Shown here piece by piece: positions 36,690-48,620 of a DNA stretch of 64,000 nucleotides. The notes under the pieces are model-generated. The model did no database searches. It was not told where the DNA came from and saw only the letters and a list, made by a program, of their open reading frames with translations. A program made the position numbers and the translations under genes. This DNA is from Massalongia carnosa (Eukaryota), in contig OZ287067.1 of NCBI GenBank assembly GCA_965645245.1, positions 620,001 through 684,000 of the forward strand. The letters run 5' to 3'. Each line of letters opens with the position of its first letter. The first letter of the stretch is position 1.

Positions 36690-38631
36690 ATCGTGCTAGA
36701 CCACTTTCGGAATGCAGAGAGCACCCCTTAGTGCTTACCGGCTCAAAGACGCTACCGGCTCAAAGACGCATTTTTCAACACCTCAACATTAAAAAAATCA
36801 GACCTTCATGAAAAGACGTCCAAATAGCTTCATTTCGGGTTTAAAATCTACTGCTCAGTCTGTTCTACTAACAGGCCCTGCCCTAGTAAAAATCGGACGT
36901 TGTCTAACTGGGTTGATGAGGCCTTTTTCCCCTTATTAGCCTCCCTTTGTTCCTTTCGTCTAGCCTTTTCTTCCTCTTTTTTTTGACGAATTGAACATAA
37001 TTCTCTACATTGACTGACTTTTATGACTCCACCCTTTGCAGCTACCTGACCCCCGAGAGCGGCCCGACTTTTACGCGATGTGGTGGCTTTTTGCACTTGC
37101 TGAAGGTCCCGCGTAGTCAAATCTAGGGTGTTGGCGGAGGTGATGGAGGCCCTAATAAATTTCTGAAAACCGTCCACTGTTTTTTTATCCATCCATCCAC
37201 CGATCGGCCCGGCCGCGGTCAATGCCCTTTGCAATTTGTGACCGAATTTTCTGATTGATTCGGGGCCTCGAGGGGTGCGCTCATGAAATTGAAGAGGTAG
37301 GGGGCTCGGGGTGCGGGGTTCATTCCTAATTTCCAAGGCTGCAGCTTGCTTCTGACGAATGACGTCGAGTACCATGTTCGGATTGAATGGGACGATGCCG
37401 GTGGTCCTGAATGCATGACGAATAGTAGATGATTTGAATGTCTTGTTGCGAAATTCCTGGAATGCGGCTAAAAATTCCAATTTTCCAAATTCCGTGTCTC
37501 CCATTCGTATCGCATGATCAATGGCCTCAGCATGATAGTGTTTGTACGGCTGAAAAACACCTACATCTAACGGCTGAGTCAAATGAGTAGAATGTGCTGG
37601 AAGACGAAATAGAACGATCTGATTTTCAGTGGCCAGCTTCAAAAACGGAATGGTTGAATGAGACCCAAACCCGTCGATGACTAGAAGTAGCCAAGCTCCA
37701 CGTCTTTTAGTCCGTGTATGCTCGATGAAATGACGAAGCCAATCCATGGCTAAATCGTCATTTGAATAGCCGGTCTCGCTGGTCCCAATCAACGTCTCTC
37801 CGTCGAGATCGTTGTGTTGACACCATTTATGAAGAATATGAATACCCGAAAGAATAAGTAATGGTGGAATAACGTCACCGGCCGAGCTGATACACTCTAC
37901 AGAAGTAATGTAGTCACGATTATCCGGATCAGTCATACGAAGAGGCTTTCGTGGGTCCAAGGTGATTACTATTTGAGCTCGTCCGCATCCAATTCGAAAG
38001 CCTGTTTCGTCCATATTCCATACATCCAGCTCCGTTATTCCCTTTTCCCTCATCACCCTTTCTAATTTGCTGAAATATTCAACCATATCGTTAACGTCGT
38101 GACTATTTTTTCGATCGACTGCGAGAGGCTTCTGTTTTCGTACATGAAGCTCGGGATTTCGATCAAGAAATCGCTTCAGCCACTGATGACCAAGAGTACG
38201 ATTCTCAAAACGAATCAGATAATTTGCAGCCCCCACGATCAATTTGGGTCGCGCACACATGTTGGCCTTGTCCAATCGCTCGATGTAGTCACGAACAGCT
38301 TGTTCTTGCTCATCCGTCAGAGCTTTGTTGGTACTAGGTCGACTGCTTTTGGAGTTGCCTCCATTCCATCGTTTTTGAACCGTACGAGGGGCAACGTCAA
38401 AAGCTATAGCTGCAGCTCGACAATTAGTATACAAACCATCATGTAACGCGTCAATTGCACTGTCAATTCGATCCTCGATAGCTGAATATGAATTGACCAT
38501 TATGTTGTTGATTGTTGACGTGTCGAAGTTGAGGTGTAAAATGTTGAAAATGCGTCTTTGAGCCGGTAGCGTCTTTGAGCCGGTAAGCACTAAGGGGTGC
38601 TCTCTGCATTCCGAAAGTGGTCTAGCACGAT
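36690..38631 (-). mobile_element. Fot1/pogo (Tc1/mariner superfamily) transposon, 1942 bp, 85-bp perfect TIRs, TA TSD
   Basis: 36690-36774 is the exact reverse complement of 38547-38631; TA at 36688-9 and 38632-3; each TIR has two tandem 17-mers TACCGGCTCAAAGACGC. Confidence 0.95.
36848..38500 (-). CDS. Intact DD35D pogo-type transposase (550 aa)
   Basis: ATG 38500. N-terminal HTH (AAAIAFDVAPRTV), CENP-B-type HTH (WLKRFLDR), then WNMDETGF, VIDGFGSH and QPLDVGVF with 35 residues between the last two Asp. Confidence 0.93.
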   Translation of the reverse strand: MVNSYSAIEDRIDSAIDALHDGLYTNCRAAAIAFDVAPRTVQKRWNGGNSKSSRPSTNKALTDEQEQAVRDYIERLDKANMCARPKLIVGAANYLIRFENRTLGHQWLKRFLDRNPELHVRKQKPLAVDRKNSHDVNDMVEYFSKLERVMREKGITELDVWNMDETGFRIGCGRAQIVITLDPRKPLRMTDPDNRDYITSVECISSAGDVIPPLLILSGIHILHKWCQHNDLDGETLIGTSETGYSNDDLAMDWLRHFIEHTRTKRRGAWLLLVIDGFGSHSTIPFLKLATENQIVLFRLPAHSTHLTQPLDVGVFQPYKHYHAEAIDHAIRMGDTEFGKLEFLAAFQEFRNKTFKSSTIRHAFRTTGIVPFNPNMVLDVIRQKQAAALEIRNEPRTPSPLPLQFHERTPRGPESIRKFGHKLQRALTAAGPIGGWMDKKTVDGFQKFIRASITSANTLDLTTRDLQQVQKATTSRKSRAALGGQVAAKGGVIKVSQCRELCSIRQKKEEEKARRKEQREANKGKKASSTQLDNVRFLLGQGLLVEQTEQ

Positions 38632-38730
38632 TAGTAAGTCCCTCTGCGCGAACGAGAACAAGTCTCCGCTTTTGGCTTCGTCTTTTCTTTACCTCCACCT
38701 TCATCGCATAGCTGACATTGATCACTAAAG

Positions 38731-40438
38731 ATGACTGACCAGGAAGAATGTTGGGTTCCGCGCCTTTTCTCAATACCTATAGACTTGCTAAAAATTCTAC
38801 AGGGTCAAGTGATTCGAGCGAAGCCGTACACATCTCAATAGTCCAAGCTGGGCAAACCTCCCCTGAGATACTCTCAACCTTCCACCCACAGTTCACATAT
38901 CCGATTTTTGGTGAAGAGGAGAGGATTTTTGGCTATCAGGGACTTCGGATTGCTCTGCAGTTTGCCGCGCACGACTTGCGCTCAAATGTGCAAATCAGTT
39001 ATGACAAAAAGTTTATCCCTGTTGGAGAGACTATGGCTACGGATATTCAAGAGACCTTGAATGGATGGATACCGTCAAGTGAATCACTACCTTTCCGTCA
39101 GGCTGGTAAGGTTGGAGGCTAAACAATTGGGTTAACAGCTACGTTCGACAGCCATACCGATTTCAAGACTCAACTCCAGAATGATTCCTTCGCTAAAGAC
39201 TGGAAACCACCTGGACAGCTCATTGAGAGCTACAGCAGCAGAAACAGCACTTTCGAAATATGGAGCGGTGAACTGAGGGATCCAGCCGTACGAGAAATCA
39301 TCAGCCGAATACAAATCTTCGTTTCCTTCTTTGTGGAAGGCGGGATGCCCCTAGACCTCGATGACGAGGAATGGACGCAGGCACGATGGCGGGTCTTCTT
39401 TCTGTAACTAGCTACCTTCTCCTTTCACATCGATGCTCGCTAATACACCGCCCCCACAGCTACGAGAAGCTTCCAGCATCCCCTCTCCCATACACTTCTC
39501 CATACTCCTTTGTTGGCTACTCAACCTCTTACCGATTCCTCACCTACGTCCCATGTCCTACCAAACCTTCCCTTCAAACCTTCACCCTCCCTGTCTTAAC
39601 GCCCATCCAACCTAGCTCTCTTCCCTCCCGCGCCCGTATCTCACAATTCCTCATACTGCCCCCCCACCAGCACCACTCGCAGGGCACGCACCTCTTCAAC
39701 ACTATGACAAACACCTTCTTATCAGATCCCACCGTCTCCGAAATTACCGTCGAGGACCCCAACGAGGCCTTTGACGACCTGCGCGACTACTGTGACTACA
39801 CCCGCCTTCAGAAAACCAATGCCTTCGCCCAAATTTCCCTCAATACCACCCCTCCTCCTCCAGAACTTTTGCGAAAGCGCGTCGTGCCCACATCCCACCT
39901 TCTCAATCTCGACCTCCTCGAATCCTTGCGCAAAAAGAACAAGCTCGCCCCGCGCCAGTTCTACCGTCTCATAGAGCTGTACCTGCTTAGCCGCATCCCG
40001 CCGCACAAGCGTCAGTCTGGTACGGCGCGCCTGACGCAGCGAGGTAAAGCAAGTGACGCTGACGATCGCGCGTTCTACTACTGGCGCCTGCTAGTGAAGC
40101 AGCGCGTGTACAAGAAGAACCGCGATGTGCTTATGCAGTTGGAAAAAGCCGAGCGGATCGATAAGGTGGAGCAGACTGTTGGGGAGGTGGCGGGGGATTA
40201 CGAGAGGCTTCTGAGAGGATTGGAGGAGAGAGCCGGGGCCGCGGGTGCGGGTGGGGCGGTGAATGGAGGCGGAGAGAGAGGGGTGAGGAGAGGGAAGAGA
40301 AAGGTTATAATGGATAACGATGAGGAGGAGAAAGAGAAGAAGGATGTGGAGGAGCAAGTGCATACTAGTGGCGACGATAAGGCGCAGGGAGATGGAGGGG
40401 GCGCAGAAAAGCCGGCGAAGCGAAGGAAGGGTGCTTGA
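38731..40438 (+). CDS. HAT1: Histone acetyltransferase type B catalytic subunit
   Basis: FHPQFTYPIFGEEERIFGYQGL, RARISQFLILPPHQ and EITVEDPNEAFDDLRDYCD; 3 introns. Confidence 0.95.
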
Positions 40439-40889
40439 TGGGGGGCTTGCATGCCTGCAGGCATGGAAGGAAGGAAAGGCGTCTAACGGTTCTGGGAAGG
40501 CCGGTGGAAGATATCTGCGCTCTGTTGCACGTCGGTGTGCATGTACGGGTCTCATACGATGATGATACCATTCTGTACCTTGCGTAGTAGATGCGAGGAG
40601 GCATTCCACTCACTACCTTATCCCTCGATACGGGAGCAGATGGGCGGCGGCTGATCACGCAAAGCGATTCTGCAAAACTTTTGAAATATCGGTCTGTTCT
40701 CAAGGCAGATACCTATTTACAAGAACGGCATATACCTATCGCAAAAAGGTCCGCTGCCTCGTCCTAATTCCCGTCTATACGAAGCCCACCCCATGAAGGT
40801 GTTACACATGCCTCCCTTATATAAACGCAAACACAACCTTGCCCGTTCGGTCCCCTTTTCCTACTATCCTCGTCCAGGGTGAGTGCTAC

Positions 40890-42315
40890 CTAGTAATAAT
40901 AATTCTCCTCGGGCACTCTCCCTCTCATAAAAGCTGGCTCACTACCCCTCACATAGATGTCCTCGTACAGATTGCGCTGAGTCGCCTCCGGCGGCTCCAT
41001 CGCCTCTGCCTCCTTGACCTCAGCATCCACCTCCGCGCGAGCATCCTTTTCCAGGCCCTTAAGCTCCTCTTCGGTCGTGACCTCCCAGTCCAGCAACTTC
41101 TGCTTCAGGCCGGCGATGGGATCGTTAGTACTGCGCATGCGCTGGATTTCCTCACGCGTGCGGTACGTGGTGCCTGGATCCGACATGCTGTGTCCACCGT
41201 AGCGGTAGGTGACGTATTCGAGCACGAGCGGACCGTTGCCGGCGACGGTATATGCTTTGCCATATTCGACCGCCGCTTTGACGGCGAGTACGTCCATGCC
41301 GTTCACTTTCAGGCCGGGGATGTACTGACCACGTTTGTAGTAGTCTGTTAGTGCGGCGGCGCGGTTGGCCGCGGTGCCCATGCCGTACTTATTATCTTTT
41401 ATCCCGGGGCAAAAGATTAGTGCTAGAAGGACGATTCCGGATGATGGAGGGGAAAAAAAAAGGAAAGAGGCTCACTTTCGCAACCGAATAAAACCGGCAA
41501 GTTCCAAAGTTTGGCCATGTTGAAAGCTTCGAAAACTTGGCCTTGGTTGCTGGCTCCGTCACCGTAGAGGCAAATGGTGGTATTTTTTTTATCCAAGTAT
41601 TGGTCCGCAAAAGCGATACCGGCTCCAACGGGAACTTGAGCCCCAACTATACCGTTACCGCCGTAAAATCCTGTTGCGAACATGTGCATGGAGCCACCTT
41701 TCCCGTACGCGATGCCCTCTCGTCGTCCAAGGAGCTCCCCGATGATGGACTTAACGGTGCCGCCGCGCATGAGTGCAAATCCATGGCACCGGTAGGCAGT
41801 AATGACATGGTCTTCCTTGGTGATGGCGTGTTCGATCCCTGCTGCCACTGCTTCTTGTCCGGTGGAAAGATGGCAGAAGCCTCGAATTAGCTTGCTTTTG
41901 TATAGTCTGTCCGCAGCCATCTCCATTCGTCTGAAGAGTCGTCAGCATTGACGCACTAAACATTCATTCGAGAACTGGCTTTCATGCCGTATCTTAACCA
42001 TATCGATATACATCTGCTTTAATTTCCGCTTGGTTGTGGAAAGGATATATGGAGGAGGATCAAGTTGATAAGTCTCAAAGCTCTCGTCTGATAACCTGAT
42101 CTCGAATGGCTTATCATCTTCCTTATTTTTCCAGACACATTTAGTTTGAACATAGTGGCTGCCATGCTCGCTCCTTCACTTACAGATGGAACATTTTTTT
42201 TCTCCGCGTGGGATGATGCCGCATCGGTTGTGACATTACGTTTCCATCGAGGATGAATGAGGTTACGTTTGATTCCCGGCAGGGCGCGATGAATTCTCAA
42301 AGATTTGCTCAGCAT
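40890..42315 (-). CDS. PDA1: Pyruvate dehydrogenase E1 alpha, mitochondrial
   Basis: [23 protein letters not shown] and [14 protein letters not shown]; 3 introns, the second GC-AG (41987-41931). Confidence 0.97.
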
Positions 42316-42506
42316 GGTTTGAATTCGGTTGGTGTTGTTGGAGTTCGAGCGTTGAATTCAATTCAATGATAAGAAAGACTAGGGCTATCAGGCTATGTAA
42401 GAGGCTAACTTCATCCGCTAAAGAAGCTAATCCCGATTGGATGATAGCGCCGGTCTTCCGTTATTCCTTCGAGAATCACGGGAATAACTTCACGTGCCTC
42501 GCTTGA

Positions 42507-42896
42507 TCATAGCAACATCCACGATTCCCCCAATAGGGCGGCCAGACACGCTCCATGAAAAACCCCGTGTATCCAGGGGCTTATCAATCTCTCCTGGAAT
42601 CCGTTGGCACTTGCCTCCCCAGCTCTAATTCTACCAATGGCCCGTACCAATGGCCCAGCATGGTACAATGCCAACGCGCCCGCAACCTGGCGCGAGGCTG
42701 TCGTCGCTGAAGGCTGAAAGAGGAACACGGTGGCGATGAGGTTGCTAGCAGTGAGAAGAAGAGCATACTGTCGGATAATCCCGTGTGCGATCGGCTGCGG
42801 GGTTCGGAGAGTAGCGGAAGGACGGAGGAAAAAGCCGAAGGATGCCGGGAGTTCGATCAGGATGTGGAGGGCAAAGGGGAGATGGTGAATTAACAT
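42507..42896 (-). CDS. Small hydrophobic multi-pass membrane protein of unknown function (129 aa)
   Basis: ATG-started ORF with about 4 hydrophobic segments and protein-like composition. Confidence 0.6.
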   Translation of the reverse strand: MLIHHLPFALHILIELPASFGFFLRPSATLRTPQPIAHGIIRQYALLLTASNLIATVFLFQPSATTASRQVAGALALYHAGPLVRAIGRIRAGEASANGFQERLISPWIHGVFHGACLAALLGESWMLL

Positions 42897-43872
42897 TTGG
42901 ATATCTGCTTGGGTGAGGGATGGACATATGTAGGGATACAGAAGAGGTACATTGCGGCGTTCAGATGAATACCGGTTTACAGAGGTACACAGGGCTTTTC
43001 ATGCAAGAGATTAGTCAACACGGTTCATTGGCACGTCGGGTTAATGCACGAGGAAAAGGGTACAACACGGTTCTGGCCGGCTGGAGATCTGAAAAGGTCA
43101 CGCATCGAGAGATGGGTCCGGCTTCTTATTAAGTATAAGCTACGACTGTTGTTTCCCGTGGAATATCTCACATGGAACTGACTCTCGGAACCAGCATAGC
43201 ACAGATTTCCAAAAAACGTAAGCTACATGGCATGGTATAGAGTAGGTATAGGGGACAAAAGTCAAATTATAAGTTCTATGAATCCTCGCCTACCTCACGG
43301 TGGGGAAATGGCTTGCTGATGTTTCCCCGTACGAGTACCAAACCCCCCTTCTGACTTGTAGGTACTTCCGTAAGTAGTTGTAAAAAAATACTCACCTAAA
43401 CGACAAGACGTCAAGGAATGCCAAGGTATAGACCGGCAGAGTGGAGAGGTGTTCAGAAGGAAGAGCTAGATGGATATGTGGGATATGTGGAGGTGGTGGA
43501 GGTGGTGGAGGTGGTGGAGGTGGTAGACGTGCAACAACGTGTCAACGATTGGGTGGAAGAGAGGATGTGTATGGTCTAACTATTACTGTTTGGAAACGGC
43601 CTGCTCGTAAAGGGTAACTTGGCTGACTAGTGAAGACTAGAACCAATAAAGCGTCGCGTCCTGCAGCGCCAAAGGATCTCTATCGCGGCGAAGTACGAAG
43701 TAAAAGGTAAGATACAAAAGGTGGAACAGATGTGCGAATCACAATCCTGGAGCTAAAAAATGGAGATAGAGAGTGTGGCAGGATCGTCATGACATACCGG
43801 GGACAGTGCCACTAGAGCGGGTTTGACAGCTGCAGGAGAGCTCTTAGCACCCGCCTGAATCCAGGGTCTACA

Positions 43873-44024
43873 CCTTGCATCCTTGCATCCTTGCATCCTT
43901 GCATCCTTGCATCTTAGCATCCGGCGGCGAGTATCCGGAGTACAGAGTACAGGGTACAGAGTACAGGGTACAGAGTACAGGGTACAGAGTACAGGGTACA
44001 GAGTACAGAGTACAGAGTACAGAG
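43873..44024. repeat. Adjacent microsatellites (CCTTGCAT)x5 and (GRGTACA)x~12
   Basis: Read directly at 43873-43912 and 43938-44024. Confidence 0.92.
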
Positions 44025-46224
44025 CAAGGTATTATTTATTACCCATCCCTTTTTCTTATCTTTCCGATCCCCCCGCGACCTCTGAAGCATGTGGAGGAAG
44101 GGTAATGACGCAACAGCCAATGGGGAGATGCCGCATACGAGAGCAACTGGGGTATGTCACTGACGAGAAAGAAATTCATAAGATCTTCCAGCTGCAGCAT
44201 TTACTTAGGTACCCGGTCACTGTAGAATACAGAGTACATACTTCAGATTAGTTACAGACTACGCAGTAGTGTTTGATGACCATCGAGTCACAGGACTCCA
44301 GGTATGTAGACCAGAAACCCATGATGCAATGGCGTTGCTGCTTGCCCCTAACTGCGAACTTGACATCGTCCACCGAGCAGATCTAAGCTTCTTCTGGGAT
44401 CGCATCAGCGCGGAGCAGGAGCCAATAGTTAGCGTGACGCGGAAAGCGGCATGATCCAGAAGGCTACTGCACTGCAATGTATGATGTCGAACCCAAGGTC
44501 GCTGGCTCACCGTTCATTTGTTGCACTTTACAGCGTACTGTTAGATACAGCATTTGAGCATGACCTAGGGTTGCATGATCACCTACCTCTGTACAGAATA
44601 CAAATAACTGGCGCTTCGAATGGCATTGTGTGTCTTTCGTTGCGAGGCTAGATAAGGCAAGGCAAAAAGGTGTACAGCTTGTTCTTGTCCTAGTTACCCA
44701 TCAGACGCAAAATGCTACCCTCCCCCCAAATCTAAGTTTGAAACGAGTCCATGGCGCGCCTCGCCGACGGTATTTCCGGGTTTGACACGAAAATTAGCAT
44801 GCACCAACACCAGAAGGTTGAGGCTCGTGGTTAGGGCATGAGCGTCATTGGTACTCCCCTTGTGGCTGCATGACGGAATTGCGTACATCCAAAGTCTGTC
44901 AATGACAGATATTGACAAAACAGATCGAACCCCGGAAAGACGCACAGGCAGCAGTGTCGAGCATCTGTTACAGCCCAGACGGGCATTCCGAGGATTGGAG
45001 CTTATTGGACGCCTAACACGCCTTGTGACGATGGAAAGGGTTGGACTTCTCGAAGATGTTACTTCCAGCTGTGATTGTGACTCGCTTGAACCAAGCAACG
45101 ACAGGCGAGTACCGCGAACATACTGCATACCCACGCATCATCGAACGAACAGGACGACAATAGTACTTCTCAGTGCAGAGCAGGTAAGTTAGGTGGTTAG
45201 GTAGTGTAGGAAGACAAAGCCAGACCCTCCAATACCTAGTCCGTTTCGGGGGCTCTGAGAAAGCCACTCCAAAAAGGAAAGCCTTTCCTGACTTTAGACC
45301 CGGTTCTTCCCTGTTTCCTACTCTGCGCGCTGGAGTTGCTGTGCGAGAACAGGAATGGCGTGACTTATCCGGTAGTCTCGCCCACACAAGGGATCATTGG
45401 GTTAGGTTCTCTTCTCCGACAGTCCAATCAACCACCCCTTTCGTTCCTGCCGTTTTGCCAGCGCTACAGACCCGCTGGCCGACAATCTTACAGATCTAGA
45501 TCGACCATCGCACTATGCAGGAGGTGTGTCTCCATACCTGGCAGGCCCTCCCAGCTACCTTGCAATCCGGGAAGATTTTCAACGGGGGGTTTGGGTTGTA
45601 TCATCGTGTTCATCATTCGTTGGTGGCCAGGTCAATCACTGTCCATCCATCGGTAGGTCAGTCCGAGGGTCCTTTGTAGTTAACTACCGAGCAACTGACT
45701 TACCTACTCCGTACTCTGTACGATGATTACTTTTCCGACGTCAAGTCATGCCCACAGCCTTCTTCCCCGCAAATGGCTTGCATATGAAGGGGGAAATGGA
45801 GATGCAATCGCTAGCAAATGCCACCATCGGTTGCTCTCGCGTTCGGGTAAATCGCCGTCTCTAGTGCAGCGAAGGCGCGTAAAGGCACGCAAGCAAGTAC
45901 CTAGATAGGTATCGAGGTATCAAGGTATCGGGCTATGCCCATGCCCCTAGGTAGGATGGATAGGGTGGATAAGGTGGGTAGGGTATTTAGGAACTCTGTA
46001 CTCGATACATACGGCATCTACCTATGGGGTGCTCGGCATGTGTCTATCATTTCGCGTCCATCACATTCACCTTTCGTTCGAGTTAGGGCGAGGAAGGGGA
46101 AGGTAGGGCAGGAAAGAAGTAAGTAAGTTAGGGCTAAAGTGCCGTTGGCGATCTTGTTTCTTTTTCATTCTTCCCCTATCTCTCTAGCGATGTGTCTGGG
46201 GTAAAATTACTGTAGGTTCCTGTG

Positions 46225-46299
46225 CCTGTGTGCTTGTGTGCCTGTGTGCCTGTGTGCCTGTGTGCCTGTGTGCCTGTGTGCCTGTGTGCCTGTGTGCCT
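46225..46299. repeat. Microsatellite (CCTGTGTG)x~9
   Basis: Read directly. Confidence 0.92.
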
Positions 46300-46818
46300 A
46301 CGTATCGAGAGACCTGACCTGCGTGCTCCAAGATGTTTTACGTACTTGCACGTTCAGAGGTAATGTAAGCAACAAAAGGAGTCAATATTGATATGCCCAC
46401 TAAGACAACCCCCAGGACCTTATCCCACTAACGAAAACACAACATGCCATATGTACTGTACCTACTTACCTATTCCCCCTTCCCCCTCCCCCCAAAATCT
46501 CCCACTCCATCTGCCTTGTCTTTCTCTACTCTGTACACGCTATCCATTCATCCTCCTCGCTTTTCTCAGTTCCCCCAAAATCCCTCTCCCCCCCACCAAG
46601 CCCAATCCAACCTAAACCCCCCCCCCCTTCCCCAGATAGCAACTCAATCCTATGTACCCCCTCCCCTACCTACCCTCTTACCCCCCCTACCACCCACCAC
46701 CCCCCCCCAAACACACACATACACATTACTATCGCTTTCAGTCCAATCCCTCGTCCTCGTCTCCTTTGTTTACTTCCTCGATATCTATTAGTAGTCGGCC
46801 GTTGCTCGCTCGATCTTA

Positions 46819-47185
<367 letters not shown>

Positions 47186-47191
47186 TGATTC

Positions 47192-48620
47192 ATGTCCTCC
47201 AGACTCCCTCCTCCAGTCCAGGCGGATCTTAAACAGAGGGCTTACGGCGCTCCAATTACTCAAAGCCATGCCTTGCCAGCAACGGAATTCGCTATGGCCG
47301 GCCCTCGTGCCCTACCGTTACCTTCCTTCCTAGCCAAACCGACCTCCAGCCTCCCGTCAATCTCGAGCGTTCAGTCGCCATATAAACCGCCAGTCTTACA
47401 AACACGAGCGGAATCTTCAGCCTTTGCTTCCCAGCATAGCCCTCTGTATCCCCTGATGCATCCGTACACCGAGCCTGCACAGCGGCGGGGTGATTTCCAA
47501 ACGCATGCGGCAGCGCCGTTAGATCGGCTTCTTCATAGCCGGTCCGACATCGTGTCGGGCATCACTAGAATGCCCTTTTATCCATCCCAGCATCGCATAA
47601 ATTCACCAGTCGAGGAGATTTCAGTACAGGATCACTACGATGCACCTCATCGCGTCAGCGTGCAGGAAGAAGGCAAATATCACTCGAATCGGATTTCGTC
47701 CGGGGGATACCAGCCTCCGCGGGTCACTGCCGGCCCGCATCCCGGGTCCGCGCCATCAATCGGGGGATTTGTCGCCCCTCTGGTTCATCTCCCTGCGCCC
47801 CCAGCACGTCATCGCAAACCGCAAGACATGTAAGCCATGGGCAGCAGCCGCCTGATCTGTTATTTTTACAACTAACGATCTTAAAAGCACAGATCGGTAC
47901 AACCTGATCATCCGGCAACAGCCCATCGCGGCACGAGCCTGTGGCTTTGGGGAGAGAGATCGCCGAGTCATTGACCCTCCGCCGATCGTGCAACTTTCCC
48001 TTACGAGCTTTGATCCCAATTCACCTTTGGATATTTCCGAGCTTCGGTGGCCGTTCAATGTGGTGCATTGCGCCCTTCTCTCAGTCCCAACTCAATCCTC
48101 GGTTTGCTTTTCGCAAGAAGATGTGACCACCGTCACGGATCCCAACAATGCTGGCCGGCAAAGCCGTCGGCTCATGGGTACGCTAGTTGCGTCGCCTTTT
48201 GTAGGGACGGATCCTGACGCTCCGCCTTCTCGCGACGCAAACGCACGGTTAGGGTGCTTCTTCATCTTTCCGGATCTCTCTTGCCGTCAGAATGGGCTGT
48301 ACAGACTACGTTTTACGCTTATGAAAGTCAACGTGGAGGTCATGCCTACAGGTGGCAGATCTAGCATGGTAGGTGCTGTTGAAAGTGATGTCTTCGAGGT
48401 CTTCAGCGCCAAAGACTTCCCAGGCATGCGGGCAAGTACGGCATTGACGAGAGAACTCAAACGGCAAGGTGCGACGGTCAGCGTCAAGAAGGGAAACGAA
48501 GCCAAGACTGAAAAAAAGGGCAAGAAGCGAGGCAGCACCATCAGCGAGAGAAGCGGCAGTGAAGGCAGCGACAGTGGCACTGCGTCTAAGAGCTCTTCGA
48601 AGAAGAAGCTGAAAGACTGA
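47192..48620 (+). CDS. velC: Velvet-family regulator, VelC-like
   Basis: Pro/Ser-rich N-terminus, intron 47830-47887, then velvet domain RYNLIIRQQPIAARACGFGERDRRVIDPPPIVQL...FFIFPDLSCRQNGLYRLRF...VFSAKDFPGM and a basic tail. The C-terminal position of the domain fits VelC. Confidence 0.82.

Noticed and set aside
38501..38773. 91-aa N-terminal extension of the pogo transposase in the ORF track
   Set aside because: It begins at TTG, crosses the TIR and lies antisense to the HAT1 start; ATG 38500 inside the element is the plausible start.
44715..46126. Several 60-140 aa ORFs upstream of velC
   Set aside because: They overlap on both strands with no motifs or convincing splice pattern; expected by chance.
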